The notes under the pieces: model-generated
What the model was told of the DNA's origin: nothing
Database searches by the model: none
The model's input: the letters and a program-made list of their open reading frames with translations, nothing else
Assembly (NCBI GenBank): GCA_021414205.1
Contig: JAIOOW010000003.1
Coordinates: forward strand, 64,048-128,047
Direction: 5' to 3'
DNA: 64,000 nucleotides
From: Candidatus Anderseniibacteriota bacterium
Lineage (GTDB): Bacteria; Patescibacteriota; Andersenbacteria; UBA10190
Position numbers and translations under genes: made by a program
In this document: in pieces, positions 1-9,415 of the stretch
How positions within the stretch are numbered: position 1 is the first letter of the stretch
Layout of the letters: each line of letters opens with the position of its first letter

Positions 1-685
1 TATCGATCATTAGCCCGCCGATAACTAAACTGAAATTCACGAGCAGTGCCGCGATTAACAGTTTTGGCAACAATTTCTGTACGGAAGTGCTGACAGATTC
101 GAGGCGTAGGGTGGTTGCGAAGGCGATGTATAGTAATGCCACGATGAATCCTAGGTTCGCAAGTCCTTGCACAAACGGCCAAGTTGCTTGTACGAGATTG
201 CTTGAAATGTATTGGCCCTGCCCAACCATCGTGATTACGAGGTTTCCTAGAAACTCTAGGATGAAGCTAGCGAGCCAATTAATCAAAGATAGAATGTATT
301 GGAAAAAGCTTATTAATACTCGCGCAAAGTCCGAAAGCGAAGAGTTCAAGTAGAGCTGAATGTCACCTATAACTTCTGCCGAGCAAGAATAGTAGTTGTT
401 TTTCGCCGTGGTTACGAGACCGCTTCCGTAAGAATATTGAATTATTAGCGGTAATTTTAGTCGATCCGAAGGGATGCTGACCGTATTATCCTTATATGGA
501 TCGAGCGATCCTAAGTATTTACACTGCCGTACGAGACTTGCTGTTGTTCCGGGGAGAAGGTTTGCGTCTATGGAAATCGTTGATAGTTTATTGAGCGAAA
601 CGCTCACATCTGCAGCGAGTGTTATCGAAGGCAGTGCCAATCCGAGGACAGCGATTATAAGATATGGTTTGAGGAAAAATCGCAT
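1..685 (-). CDS. VirB6/TrbL-like polytopic membrane protein of CPR T4SS-like cluster (partial, runs off window)
   Basis: Not in ORF track; translated manually from ATG at 685: MRFFLKPYLIIAVLG...ATWPFVQGLANLGFIVALLYIAFATTLRLESVSTSVQKLLPKLLIAALLVNFSLVIGGLMID, the typical CPR 'W..V..LAN..F...LL.IAFAT..R......KKLLPKL...ALL.NFS' segment. Confidence 0.75.
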   Translation of the reverse strand, partial: MRFFLKPYLIIAVLGLALPSITLAADVSVSLNKLSTISIDANLLPGTTASLVRQCKYLGSLDPYKDNTVSIPSDRLKLPLIIQYSYGSGLVTTAKNNYYSCSAEVIGDIQLYLNSSLSDFARVLISFFQYILSLINWLASFILEFLGNLVITMVGQGQYISSNLVQATWPFVQGLANLGFIVALLYIAFATTLRLESVSTSVQKLLPKLLIAALLVNFSLVIGGLMID

Positions 686-686
686 A

Positions 687-2345
687 TTATGGTGTAGGGG
701 TAGGACTACTTACGGGTTCTTTTCTTGCGATACAAGCTTCCGTTGTCGGGAAGAAGTAGCAGAAAAGGTCCGTATATACGCTGTTTACAACAGGACTCGC
801 AGTTGCGCCGTTTACAATTGTGCTTATCGACGTGCAAAATCCGCAAGTAACTTCCTGAGGGTTCGGATTCGGATCTTTTATGCCAAGCGCTTCTGCGAAC
901 TGGCCGGTACCTTGTTCTTTATATGGAGCGATTAAGCCCGTGGTAACGTTATTTGGGTTTGGTTGAGGCGTATCGTAATAGGTTTGATAGAGCTGCTGTA
1001 CTTGGGTTGAAATGCCTGCAACTTGGCCAGAGAGTTGATTGATTGAATTATCGCTTGGGAGTGGGCTAGTAGAGGCTCCAAGCACTTGGCCCGTTTGAGC
1101 GGTAACTGGCAGGTCGGGCTGCTGCCCCGGCGTTGTTATAGTTGACGTACCAGCAATCTTTTCGCCGATAACTTGATTAGGAAGCAGGTTCGCACCGGCA
1201 ACGATTTGTGCTGCAATTGCGCTCGATGGAGTAGTAAGGGTGCCATCCACTCCTCCTGTTGCGTTTTTGGTGAGAACGTATTGCCCGAGTGATGGAGTTT
1301 GTGCCCGGTTTTGTTGGAAGGCCAAGCCCTGATTGTATCCTTGTTGAGCTATATCCATCATGCCTGGCAATAGCGAATCTAGCCCCCTGATACTTCGAAT
1401 ATAGTCGTCAAAAGTCGCATCGCTTGGCAAGGACGCTTTTTTATTATTGCCTGTAAATTGAACTTTATTGAGAGCTCCTGGGTCAAGAATTTGCGCATAC
1501 TGAGATGCGATGACGTTACCTGCTGTTGTGTCTACGATAGTTTTTGCGTCTTGGTTCGCACTTACGTTATCTCGGAGTTGGGCAACGGTTTGGGAATTTG
1601 GCCGAATGAAGTTTAACCCCTCGGGTACTGTAACGTTTGCTGGGTTAAGTGCGTCTGCTGGGGCATTTGCGTCTGCTGGTTTTGTGTTCGTGAGTTTGTT
1701 TTTTAGCTCCTGTTCCTCAGTGAGCGTGGTGCCACCCGTAGGGTCTGAGGACAAAAGCGAGACCGCAGACAAGTTAGGCTGTTGCATGTATTGGTCTATG
1801 TTTGCGGGAAATGCTACTGATTGTTCTTGTGCTGGTCCAGGTTGATCGCTGCATCCTGCTCGTCCTAGGCTTGCTTCGCAGTATAGTCTCGCGAGCTCGC
1901 TAAGCTGTCTCCTGGTATCTGTTTCTCGTGCAAATTGCTGGTATAGATATGCTGTCCATAAGTCGTTACCCTCCAATGTAACGTTCCTGGTTACCACGCT
2001 CGGAAGGTTGGTGTGGGTCGATTGCTCCACTGGGTTTGGGGTTGAGTACGGGAGCGGACTTGGCGCACCATTGGCGATTGATTGAGCAGTCGCAGCATTG
2101 TTCCTATCTGTTACTAGTTGTGCCCTGCTATACGGTGATCCGGGAATTCCCGGCTCCACATAGTCTGCTTGGTTTAATGCAGCAAGGACGTTATAGAATA
2201 ATTGCTCCTGAGCTCTATCGGTATAAAATACGGCATGCGGATCGGCGTGAGTGGGCGTTGCAGAAGTCGTGAAAATGACTGCGAATGCAAGGAAAGAAAG
2301 CGCAAGGACTAATTTTCGATTCCAATAAAAAAAATGCAAAGGCAT
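687..2345 (-). CDS. Secreted/membrane-anchored hypothetical protein (S/T/P/Q-rich, Cys pairs)
   Basis: Long ORF with N-terminal signal/TM segment. ATG 2345 preferred over GTG 2360 because TATAAT lies at 2364-2369. Confidence 0.75.
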   Translation of the reverse strand: MPLHFFYWNRKLVLALSFLAFAVIFTTSATPTHADPHAVFYTDRAQEQLFYNVLAALNQADYVEPGIPGSPYSRAQLVTDRNNAATAQSIANGAPSPLPYSTPNPVEQSTHTNLPSVVTRNVTLEGNDLWTAYLYQQFARETDTRRQLSELARLYCEASLGRAGCSDQPGPAQEQSVAFPANIDQYMQQPNLSAVSLLSSDPTGGTTLTEEQELKNKLTNTKPADANAPADALNPANVTVPEGLNFIRPNSQTVAQLRDNVSANQDAKTIVDTTAGNVIASQYAQILDPGALNKVQFTGNNKKASLPSDATFDDYIRSIRGLDSLLPGMMDIAQQGYNQGLAFQQNRAQTPSLGQYVLTKNATGGVDGTLTTPSSAIAAQIVAGANLLPNQVIGEKIAGTSTITTPGQQPDLPVTAQTGQVLGASTSPLPSDNSINQLSGQVAGISTQVQQLYQTYYDTPQPNPNNVTTGLIAPYKEQGTGQFAEALGIKDPNPNPQEVTCGFCTSISTIVNGATASPVVNSVYTDLFCYFFPTTEACIARKEPVSSPTPTP

Positions 2346-2375
2346 ACGACTTGTATGCACGAAATTATAGCATGT

Positions 2376-3161
2376 TTACTGTAGATTGTATTTCTTTTCG
2401 AGTGCGCTTATCTGCGTTGCGATATCTGCGTATACGCCATCTAAATCAGAAACATTTTTTAGCCCAATTAAGCCACTGATTTGATCCGTTTTAAATGCCT
2501 GAATGAGTTTGATGTTTTGAATCAGCGAAATGGTTGCTTGGAGAAGTTTTGTTTGAAGCGGCGCTGCTTCTTGGGGCGTTGCGATCGCCTTAAATAGGTC
2601 GAAGTTTGATTGAACATTTGCGAGGATTGGAGCTAGCGCGTTTGCGTCAGTACCCCCTTCCTGGGCTTGGAATGCATTTACGATATCAGTACCGGTAACG
2701 GACTTAATCTTAGAATTTTGTGCCTGGGAAATGGAATCCAAATACGTTTTAATAGCTGCCTTCCCTGTTGCTGTTGATGTTTTAATGGTCCCAGGCTGCA
2801 ACGCTGGCAATAGCTGACCCTGATTTGCGCTTACGTATGTCGTGAGATTTTTTTGATCTAGTACCTGTGCCTGAGTGGCATCTTTCGGGAGTGTTGCAAC
2901 ATATTTTTTTGTCTCCGGGCCGATATTAGAGGCTGTGCTTTGCGCATATTTTTTCATTTGATCCAGTAATTCTGGGGATAGCGATTGCAAGGGGCTTGGC
3001 GATGGACTCGGAGAAATTTCTACAATTGGACTGGGAGATGCTTGCTGTATTGCCGTATGCGAAAAACCGAGCGTCGTCAGTTTCCATACACCAAGTGCTA
3101 TCACCGTGATAATCAGTACAGTGATAGTTGTCCGTATTCCTAATGCATTTACAGGTGTCAT
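2376..3161 (-). CDS. Membrane-anchored hypothetical protein, paralog of the C-terminal domain of 3158-4111
   Basis: N-terminal TM, SP-rich linker, helical C-terminal domain alignable by eye with the neighbour; ATGA overlap with the upstream gene. Confidence 0.8.
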   Translation of the reverse strand: MTPVNALGIRTTITVLIITVIALGVWKLTTLGFSHTAIQQASPSPIVEISPSPSPSPLQSLSPELLDQMKKYAQSTASNIGPETKKYVATLPKDATQAQVLDQKNLTTYVSANQGQLLPALQPGTIKTSTATGKAAIKTYLDSISQAQNSKIKSVTGTDIVNAFQAQEGGTDANALAPILANVQSNFDLFKAIATPQEAAPLQTKLLQATISLIQNIKLIQAFKTDQISGLIGLKNVSDLDGVYADIATQISALEKKYNLQ

Positions 3162-4111
3162 GGCGCTTGTGGATTTAGGAGTTGAGCTTTCATTTGCACT
3201 AGCTGCGGATAGTATTGTCTATCTATTGCATCGAGCTGGCGAATAGCTACCATTGCCTTTATTTGGTCATTAGAAAAATCCGCAATTTGCCTAAACGTAG
3301 CGGAGAGCAGTTGAGTATATGCGAGGAGTGTCTTGTCATATTGAAGTGCCGATTTTGGCACTGATGCTAAGCGGACTCTTGATTGAAATGCTTCTACTGC
3401 TTCCGCGAGCGTAGTGAATCCGTACGTGCTTCTGTATTGAAAAAAGTCATTGAGCGCAATGGTGAGGCGAGCTTTATCGGAAAGCGATTCAAGGTCGCCA
3501 GCCGTGGTCATGTACTGCGAAGTGTCTGCGGGGGTGTCTGGAGCAGATTTAATGACGGCGTCGTTGACTGGTGGCAGGCCTGTTTCGAGGGGTTGGTTTG
3601 CAATAAATTGGCTAAACGTAACCGGTGATTTGTCAGAGTCTTTTACCGCCGTTGCGTATGCCTGCGTAAGATTAACATTGTCGGCAATTTTTTTGACCGG
3701 CGTTGGAAAGAACGCGTCATTGGATGCTGTTTTGCCGGATGGTGTTGGAGTAGCTCCAATCGATGATCCCACTGTGCAATTTTCCAGTTTGTCGTTCGGC
3801 GCTGGTATGAGCGGGTTGTGGCAATTAGCCACTTCTTTCCCGTCGTTGTACCCGTCCTTGTCTGTGTCTGGGTTATTAGGGTTTGTTCCCCATAGCGATT
3901 CTTGTGCATTGGTAAGACCGTCCTTATCTGGGTCGCCTAGCGGGTCCACTGAAGTGGTTCCGCCTCCTGGGAGTGCCGTCTGGGAATTGGTATCAGGCGT
4001 TTGTGATGTATCTTGTTGTTTATTTAAGCTAGAGACAAAAAAGAGTCCGATTGCAATGAGGATGCTGAGAATAATGATGATAGTGATGACGATAACGACC
4101 CTCCGTGACAT
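3158..4111 (-). CDS. Membrane-anchored protein with TSP3-like Ca-binding repeats
   Basis: N-terminal TM; DPDKDGLTNAQE..WGTNPNNPDTDKDGYNDGKEV motif; ATG 4111 sits 7 nt after TATAAT. Confidence 0.8.
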   Translation of the reverse strand: MSRRVVIVITIIIILSILIAIGLFFVSSLNKQQDTSQTPDTNSQTALPGGGTTSVDPLGDPDKDGLTNAQESLWGTNPNNPDTDKDGYNDGKEVANCHNPLIPAPNDKLENCTVGSSIGATPTPSGKTASNDAFFPTPVKKIADNVNLTQAYATAVKDSDKSPVTFSQFIANQPLETGLPPVNDAVIKSAPDTPADTSQYMTTAGDLESLSDKARLTIALNDFFQYRSTYGFTTLAEAVEAFQSRVRLASVPKSALQYDKTLLAYTQLLSATFRQIADFSNDQIKAMVAIRQLDAIDRQYYPQLVQMKAQLLNPQAP

Positions 4112-4119
4112 GTTGCGTA

Positions 4120-4980
4120 TTATACCACGCCAGCGAGCAATACCCACTGCTCAATTGTTAGGTTTTCAGGGCGCGTAGTAGGCAGCGCGTGTATATGATC
4201 TCCAATGGCAGCGATTTCTTGCTCTGTTTTTTGATATGCCCGCTTCAGCGTTGTTCCAATTTGTTTTCGTTTTGCTTGGAAAAATGGCTTTGCTTTTGCA
4301 ATAATTTCTTCTCGTTTTTCCTCGGGTAATCGGTCCGGATTCGGCGTAAGTAATACGAGCGATGACTGCACAGAAGGAGCCGGAATAAAACACGATGGCG
4401 GAACGCGAAGCAACAGTTGTGCGCTTCCCCATAACCCTAAAGAGAGTCCGAGTAAGCTCATGTTATTTTCTTCGGTAACAAGCCTATCGACCACCTCTTT
4501 TTGCATCAAAAATATTGCACGAGAAGGTGCTGATTGCATCTTTGTTAAGTGACGAATAATGAGTCCAGATAAGTTGTATGGAATGTTACCGACAAGTGAC
4601 CAGTACTGCCTCGTGGAAGCTTCGCCAGCTGACGAAGCGGAGGAGGGCCAACTCCATTCAATTTCCTTCAAATCGCCATGAATAAGTTCCAAATTCTGCA
4701 CAAGATTTTTAGGCAGGACAGTGGGAATGATGTGAATAAAATCATCATCTTTTTCAATGCCTCGAACGTGGTATCCGGACATGATGAGTCCCTGCGTAAG
4801 CGTCCCTACTCCGGGTCCGAGCTCTGTTATTTTTTTGGGTCCACCTTCGAGCGCGATGAGGACTGATTGAATAACTTCTTCGCAAATCAAAAAGTTTTGG
4901 CCAAGCGATTTATCCGCGCGAACTTTGTGGGATCCTAATACGCTTGTTAAGACGGACGGATCGGTGAGAGGTTTGAACAT
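4120..4980 (-). CDS. rsmA: 16S rRNA m6,2A1518/1519 dimethyltransferase
   Basis: KSLGQNFL, ELGPGVGTLT, GNIPYN, MQKEV and RPENL motifs. Confidence 0.95.
   Translation of the reverse strand: MFKPLTDPSVLTSVLGSHKVRADKSLGQNFLICEEVIQSVLIALEGGPKKITELGPGVGTLTQGLIMSGYHVRGIEKDDDFIHIIPTVLPKNLVQNLELIHGDLKEIEWSWPSSASSAGEASTRQYWSLVGNIPYNLSGLIIRHLTKMQSAPSRAIFLMQKEVVDRLVTEENNMSLLGLSLGLWGSAQLLLRVPPSCFIPAPSVQSSLVLLTPNPDRLPEEKREEIIAKAKPFFQAKRKQIGTTLKRAYQKTEQEIAAIGDHIHALPTTRPENLTIEQWVLLAGVV
4607..4648. repeat. In-frame quasi-palindromic element inside rsmA
   Basis: GCTTCGCCAGCTGACGAAGC (4619-4638) is a near-perfect palindrome; the region encodes the extra peptide PSSASSAGEASTRQ before GNIPYN. Confidence 0.5.
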
Positions 4981-5004
4981 GGTAAAGATATTGTAACCTA
5001 GTTT

Positions 5005-5091
5005 GTCATTCCGAGCTTGACCTAAGAACCCACGCTTGCCCGCCGAACTGGCGAGTCGTTGTCTAGATACCGACCCGGAGGCCGGGATGAC
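5005..5091. repeat. RPE/REP-like palindromic element
   Basis: Intergenic, with termini GTCATTCCGAGCTTGACC...CCCGGAGGCCGGGATGAC. Confidence 0.65.
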
Positions 5092-5104
5092 GGTATCGTA
5101 ATTT

Positions 5105-7192
5105 TTATGCTGACTGCGTGCACGAATTTGCGGGGACGCTTTTTACGCCATGACCTTCAAATACGCATGTCAGATTATGTTGAGAAGTTCCGATAACTAC
5201 ACCTTTTCCGAACTGCGGATGATGAACATATGAGCCTGCTTGCGAAAGAACGAGTGTCGGCTCTTCGTGCAAAAAATCTGATACGTCAGAACCATGGGTA
5301 CTAAATGTGTTCTCGTTTGATTCTTGAAATGTTTGTTCTGCCTGAGGAAGTTGCTCAAGGAATCGAGATGGTGCCTGAGGGGTCATTTCCCCGCCGATAT
5401 ATCTGTATGCGCTGTATGTTACGGTCAATTTTTTGCGTGCGCGAGTCATTCCCACGTACAGTAATCGCCGCTCCTCTTCTATAGCAGGTTGCGATGAAAT
5501 GCTATTATTATGGGGTAATAAGCCCTCTTCGCATCCGATGATATATACAACGAGGAACTCCAGTCCTTTCGATGCGTGCATTGTCATGCAGGTTACTCGG
5601 TCTTGCTGATCCTCGAGCTTGTCGATGTCGGACAGTAGTGCGGTATCTTCCAAAAATTGCTCCGTGGTAGTGTATGCAGATGCAACGTTGAACAACTCTT
5701 GTATGTTCTCTTCTCGCTCTTTTCCATCGGGCAAATTAGTCAGTGTTTCCAAATATTTTGTATTAGTAACAAGAAATTCTAGAAGATCGGAAACTTTTTC
5801 AAACGTCTGTTCTCGAGCTTTTTGAAACGTTGAAATGATACTAGCTATGTCTGACCTGTCGCTCATGTATTCCAAATACGCCTGCAATGAGATGCCGTAT
5901 TCTTTCGCAGTGCTTTCCCAGCGATCAATTGTTTTAGGCCCCACTCGCTTCAATAGTGCATCTGCTACTCGCTCAAAATGAACGCGCGACGATGGGGAGA
6001 GGAAGAAGGATAAGATTGCTAACGCATCTTTGATTTCTTTTCTGTCATAAAATCGGAACCCTCCTACGATGGTGTATGGCACCCGATGAGTTAAAAATTG
6101 TTCTTCCATGAGGCGGGATTGTGCGTTTGTTCGGTATAATACGGCGCAATCCCTAAGTCTTCCGCCTTGTGCGACGTATTCCCTGATTCCTTTGCACACC
6201 CACTCGGCCTCTGCGCGATCGGAAGATAGCTGGAGTACGCGGATATCCTCACCCTCTTTTTCAGTTGTCCAAAGCGTTTTATGTTTCTGCTCGATGTTTT
6301 GAGCAATGACCGTATTGGCTGCATCTAGGATATTGGGAGTTGATCTATAGTTTTGTGTAAGCAAGATGGTTGTGCACCCGGGATAGCGCTGTTCAAATTG
6401 CATAATATGATCGACGCTGGCGCCTCTCCATGAATAGATTGCCTGGTAATCGTCTCCTACCACGCAGATATTGCGATCTTTTCCGAGCAGTAGCGATATT
6501 ATTTCGTCTTGAATTGCATTCGTATCCTGATATTCGTCGATAGAGAGAAACTTCCATCGAGCTTGGTACATATCGCGAACGGGCTGATTTTCTCGAAGGA
6601 TTCTCAAAGGTACGCGGAGCAGGTCATCGAAGTCGTAGGCATCGTGTTCTGCCAGCATTTGCTCATATTTCGGGAATACTTTTTGAATCATTTCCTCACG
6701 CGGATTCTGGGCAACGGGAAATACGGGAGTGTCTACGTATTCCTGCTTAATCTTAGAAATCATTCCCCGCACAGCGCTGGACCCCCACTCTTTTAGTGAG
6801 TAGTTTTCGTTTTTTAATATTCTGCGGACCAGTTTTTCTGAATCCTTTGAGTCTAAAATGGAAAATCCGCGAGATCTGGTATGGGCGTGAGCCTGCTCTC
6901 TAAGAATTTTTACTCCCATACTGTGGAATGTACTCACTGCCCGAGGCGTAAGCGTGGAAGAGCCGAGTAATTCTTGGATCCGATGCTTCATTTCCGCAGA
7001 TGCCTTGTTAGTGAATGTAACGGCCAGAATTTCTTCCGGTTTGGCAATGCCTTGCTGAATGAGATATGCGATGCGATGAGTCAGCGCTCGTGTCTTGCCG
7101 GAGCCTGCTCCTGCAAGTACGAGTACGGGGCCGTGTGTGGCAAGGACTACCTTCTGTTGATCGGGATTCAGGCCATCGAGCGGGGATTTCAT
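5105..7192 (-). CDS. pcrA: ATP-dependent DNA helicase UvrD/PcrA
   Basis: LAGAGSGKT, DEYQDTN, VGDDYQAIY, NYRST, HASKGLEF, EERRLLYVGMTRA, C-terminal HPQFGKG. Confidence 0.95.
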   Translation of the reverse strand: MKSPLDGLNPDQQKVVLATHGPVLVLAGAGSGKTRALTHRIAYLIQQGIAKPEEILAVTFTNKASAEMKHRIQELLGSSTLTPRAVSTFHSMGVKILREQAHAHTRSRGFSILDSKDSEKLVRRILKNENYSLKEWGSSAVRGMISKIKQEYVDTPVFPVAQNPREEMIQKVFPKYEQMLAEHDAYDFDDLLRVPLRILRENQPVRDMYQARWKFLSIDEYQDTNAIQDEIISLLLGKDRNICVVGDDYQAIYSWRGASVDHIMQFEQRYPGCTTILLTQNYRSTPNILDAANTVIAQNIEQKHKTLWTTEKEGEDIRVLQLSSDRAEAEWVCKGIREYVAQGGRLRDCAVLYRTNAQSRLMEEQFLTHRVPYTIVGGFRFYDRKEIKDALAILSFFLSPSSRVHFERVADALLKRVGPKTIDRWESTAKEYGISLQAYLEYMSDRSDIASIISTFQKAREQTFEKVSDLLEFLVTNTKYLETLTNLPDGKEREENIQELFNVASAYTTTEQFLEDTALLSDIDKLEDQQDRVTCMTMHASKGLEFLVVYIIGCEEGLLPHNNSISSQPAIEEERRLLYVGMTRARKKLTVTYSAYRYIGGEMTPQAPSRFLEQLPQAEQTFQESNENTFSTHGSDVSDFLHEEPTLVLSQAGSYVHHPQFGKGVVIGTSQHNLTCVFEGHGVKSVPANSCTQSA

Positions 7193-7199
7193 CTGATAT

Positions 7200-7258
7200 A
7201 TTGTGCGTGGAGGGCCATCTTATGTCAATGTTGACTGTTTCTGCGGATACCCTATACT
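7200..7258. promoter_or_regulatory. Divergent sigma70 promoters for pcrA and the M23 peptidase
   Basis: Minus strand TTGACA(7228-7223)-17-CACAAT; plus strand TTGACT(7231)-16-TATACT(7253). Confidence 0.65.
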
Positions 7259-7394
7259 TCCTAGTTATCAATACATACATGCGAAAAATAAAAACCTCAT
7301 TCTTAAGTGAGTAGGTATTTTACCAAAGCAACAACTAAGAAAAGGTCGCCTAGGCACCTTTTCTAAGAATTCAGAAGAAAAAATTAAAAGCTTC

Positions 7395-8564
7395 GTGTCG
7401 AACATACCAAAGAAATCGGCTGTTCACATGGCCTTCTTCGGTTTAATCGGTGCCATTGTGCTGCAGAGCCAGATTGTAGGTACTTCAGACGCAAGCTCCT
7501 TTCTTCATAAGTTTATTTCCGGAGATGAAGTGTCCGAAGGGCCGCTAAGTCCCACTGCATACGCACAGGGCACGTCCTTAAACGGGGCCGGAAGCAGATT
7601 ATCTTCTGTTGATGCAACGGACGCTAATTTTATTACATTCGACGATCCTGAAGTGCAATTTGCGCAAACACTTGAAGGAAATGCCGTTGTTGCTCCGATG
7701 CAGCCAGCTATTGATACTACTGACGGATCATCTACTGGCTCTACCGACGCATCAAGCGACAATTCTTCCAAATCTCAAAATACCCCCTCTGTACAAAAGC
7801 CATTTATTTATACTGTTGTAGACGGAGATACGATTGCGGGAATAGCTTCCAAATATAATATCAGCGCGAATACGATCCTTTCTGTAAACGGGCTCGGTTC
7901 AACTGACACAATTAAGTCTGGCGATCATTTGACGATTCTCCCAATAACTGGAGTCCTTCATACTGTAAAGAGTGGTGATACCGTCCTTAGTATTGCAAAT
8001 TCATATAATGCAAAGGCTACTGACATTGTTTCTGCGAACGGGCTCCAAGACAGCTCTAAGATAGCTCTTGGGCAGAAGCTGATTATTCCAAACGGTGATG
8101 CTCCGGTAGTGCAAGCTCCAAAGATCGTATCTGAGAATACGCAAACTGCCCGTGACTCAGGAGATGAGCCAACCCCGGCTCCTCAAAAAGAACAAGTAAA
8201 GACACCGAGCGGCTTTGGATGGCCCACTATTACCCATCATATTTCTCAATATTTTGGTCATGATGGGCATACCGGTATTGATATTGATAATCGATCAAAA
8301 CCACCCGTATTCGCGGCCCAAGACGGTACGGTTGAATTTGCTGGGTGGCTTGGTGCATACGGCAACTTGATTATTATCAATCATGGCAACGGATTAACGA
8401 CGTATTATGCTCACTTAACGAAGTTTTATGTGGCAAAGGGCGCAGCCGTAAAGAAAGGCGATGCAATCGCTAAGATGGGATCAACGGGGCATTCAACGGG
8501 ACCGCACGTACACTTCGAGGTTCGCAGATTCGGCGTGCCAATCAATCCTCTGGGGATGTATTAA
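7395..8564 (+). CDS. LysM-domain M23 family peptidoglycan endopeptidase
   Basis: Two LysM repeats (YTVVDGDT, HTVKSGDT); HTGIDI, YAHL and GPHVHFE motifs; start uncertain. Confidence 0.92.
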   Translation: MSNIPKKSAVHMAFFGLIGAIVLQSQIVGTSDASSFLHKFISGDEVSEGPLSPTAYAQGTSLNGAGSRLSSVDATDANFITFDDPEVQFAQTLEGNAVVAPMQPAIDTTDGSSTGSTDASSDNSSKSQNTPSVQKPFIYTVVDGDTIAGIASKYNISANTILSVNGLGSTDTIKSGDHLTILPITGVLHTVKSGDTVLSIANSYNAKATDIVSANGLQDSSKIALGQKLIIPNGDAPVVQAPKIVSENTQTARDSGDEPTPAPQKEQVKTPSGFGWPTITHHISQYFGHDGHTGIDIDNRSKPPVFAAQDGTVEFAGWLGAYGNLIIINHGNGLTTYYAHLTKFYVAKGAAVKKGDAIAKMGSTGHSTGPHVHFEVRRFGVPINPLGMY

Positions 8565-8929
8565 TTGCTTCGGTGATAGTGGCGCTTCGGCCATAATAGG
8601 AGTGCTAAAGAGCCTCCTAGTAAGCCTACGTCGCGGATGATGACAGCATCTACTCCTTGCGTGGCTATAATTGCGATGAGGTGCCCTGCTGCGAAGAATG
8701 CAATCAATTTCGGCCATAACCTGAGGACGAGGAGTAATCCCATTGCCATATCGAATATCCCATTTGCTTTGAGTAGTGATGTGGTCGGGATATGGATTGG
8801 CAAATTAGTAGGGATGTAGCCTATCCAGGAGTCCGGATGACGAAGAATATCTACGCCGATCCAAAAAAATACAATGCCGAGGCTTGCGCTTAGTATCCAG
8901 TGCGACCAATTATATTTTCCGTAAGACAT
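8561..8929 (-). CDS. DoxX-like membrane protein
   Basis: Four hydrophobic segments, SLGIVFFWIG...IIRDVGLLG pattern. Confidence 0.7.
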   Translation of the reverse strand: MSYGKYNWSHWILSASLGIVFFWIGVDILRHPDSWIGYIPTNLPIHIPTTSLLKANGIFDMAMGLLLVLRLWPKLIAFFAAGHLIAIIATQGVDAVIIRDVGLLGGSLALLLWPKRHYHRSN

Positions 8930-8945
8930 GCAATTAGTATAGCAG

Positions 8946-9016
8946 AGCGGGTAGCGGGAATCGAACCCGCATTCTCAGTTTGGAAAACTGGAATACTACC
9001 ATTGTACTATACCCGC
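8946..9016 (-). tRNA. tRNA-Gly(TCC)
   Basis: Cloverleaf, anticodon loop TT-TCC-AA, GGTTCGATTCC T-arm. Confidence 0.95.
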
Positions 9017-9033
9017 ATAGTATTTAATTTTTG

Positions 9034-9104
9034 TCGGGGCGCTGGGAATTGAACCCAGTCTACATGGTCCCAAACCATGCGTACTGCCGGTATACGACGC
9101 CCCG
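9034..9104 (-). tRNA. tRNA-Pro(TGG)
   Basis: CGGGGCG acceptor stem, CATGG-TT-TGG-GA-CCATG anticodon arm. Confidence 0.95.
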
Positions 9105-9109
9105 TGGCG

Positions 9110-9388
9110 TTACTTTACTGCCTCTTTGAGAGTTTTTCCAGGGCGGAATTTTGCAACTCGTACGGAGGGAATCTGCATCGGTTCGTTAGGGTTTCGAGGG
9201 TTTACTCCTCGACGTCCTTTTCGCTCTCGAACTTCGAAAATTCCGAATCCAGAAAGGTTGATCTTTTCGTCCTGAGAAAGCTTATCAATCATTGTTTCCA
9301 AGAATGCTGCAACTACCATTTCCACGTGCTTTCGAGGAAGCCGGGTTGCGTCAGAAACTTTATCGATAAGTGTTTGCTTGTTGATCAT
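9110..9388 (-). CDS. hup: HU family DNA-binding protein
   Basis: GFGIFEVRERKGRRGVNP...KFRPGKTLK. Confidence 0.95.
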   Translation of the reverse strand: MINKQTLIDKVSDATRLPRKHVEMVVAAFLETMIDKLSQDEKINLSGFGIFEVRERKGRRGVNPRNPNEPMQIPSVRVAKFRPGKTLKEAVK

Positions 9389-9415
9389 AAGATATAAGGG
9401 CTACGTATAGCCACA

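Noticed and set aside
87-935. Plus-strand ORFs 87..353 and 474..935
   Set aside because: They are shadows of the minus-strand VirB6-like and secreted-protein genes
3450-4178. 242-aa plus-strand ORF
   Set aside because: It is antisense to the TSP3-repeat gene and has no motifs of its own
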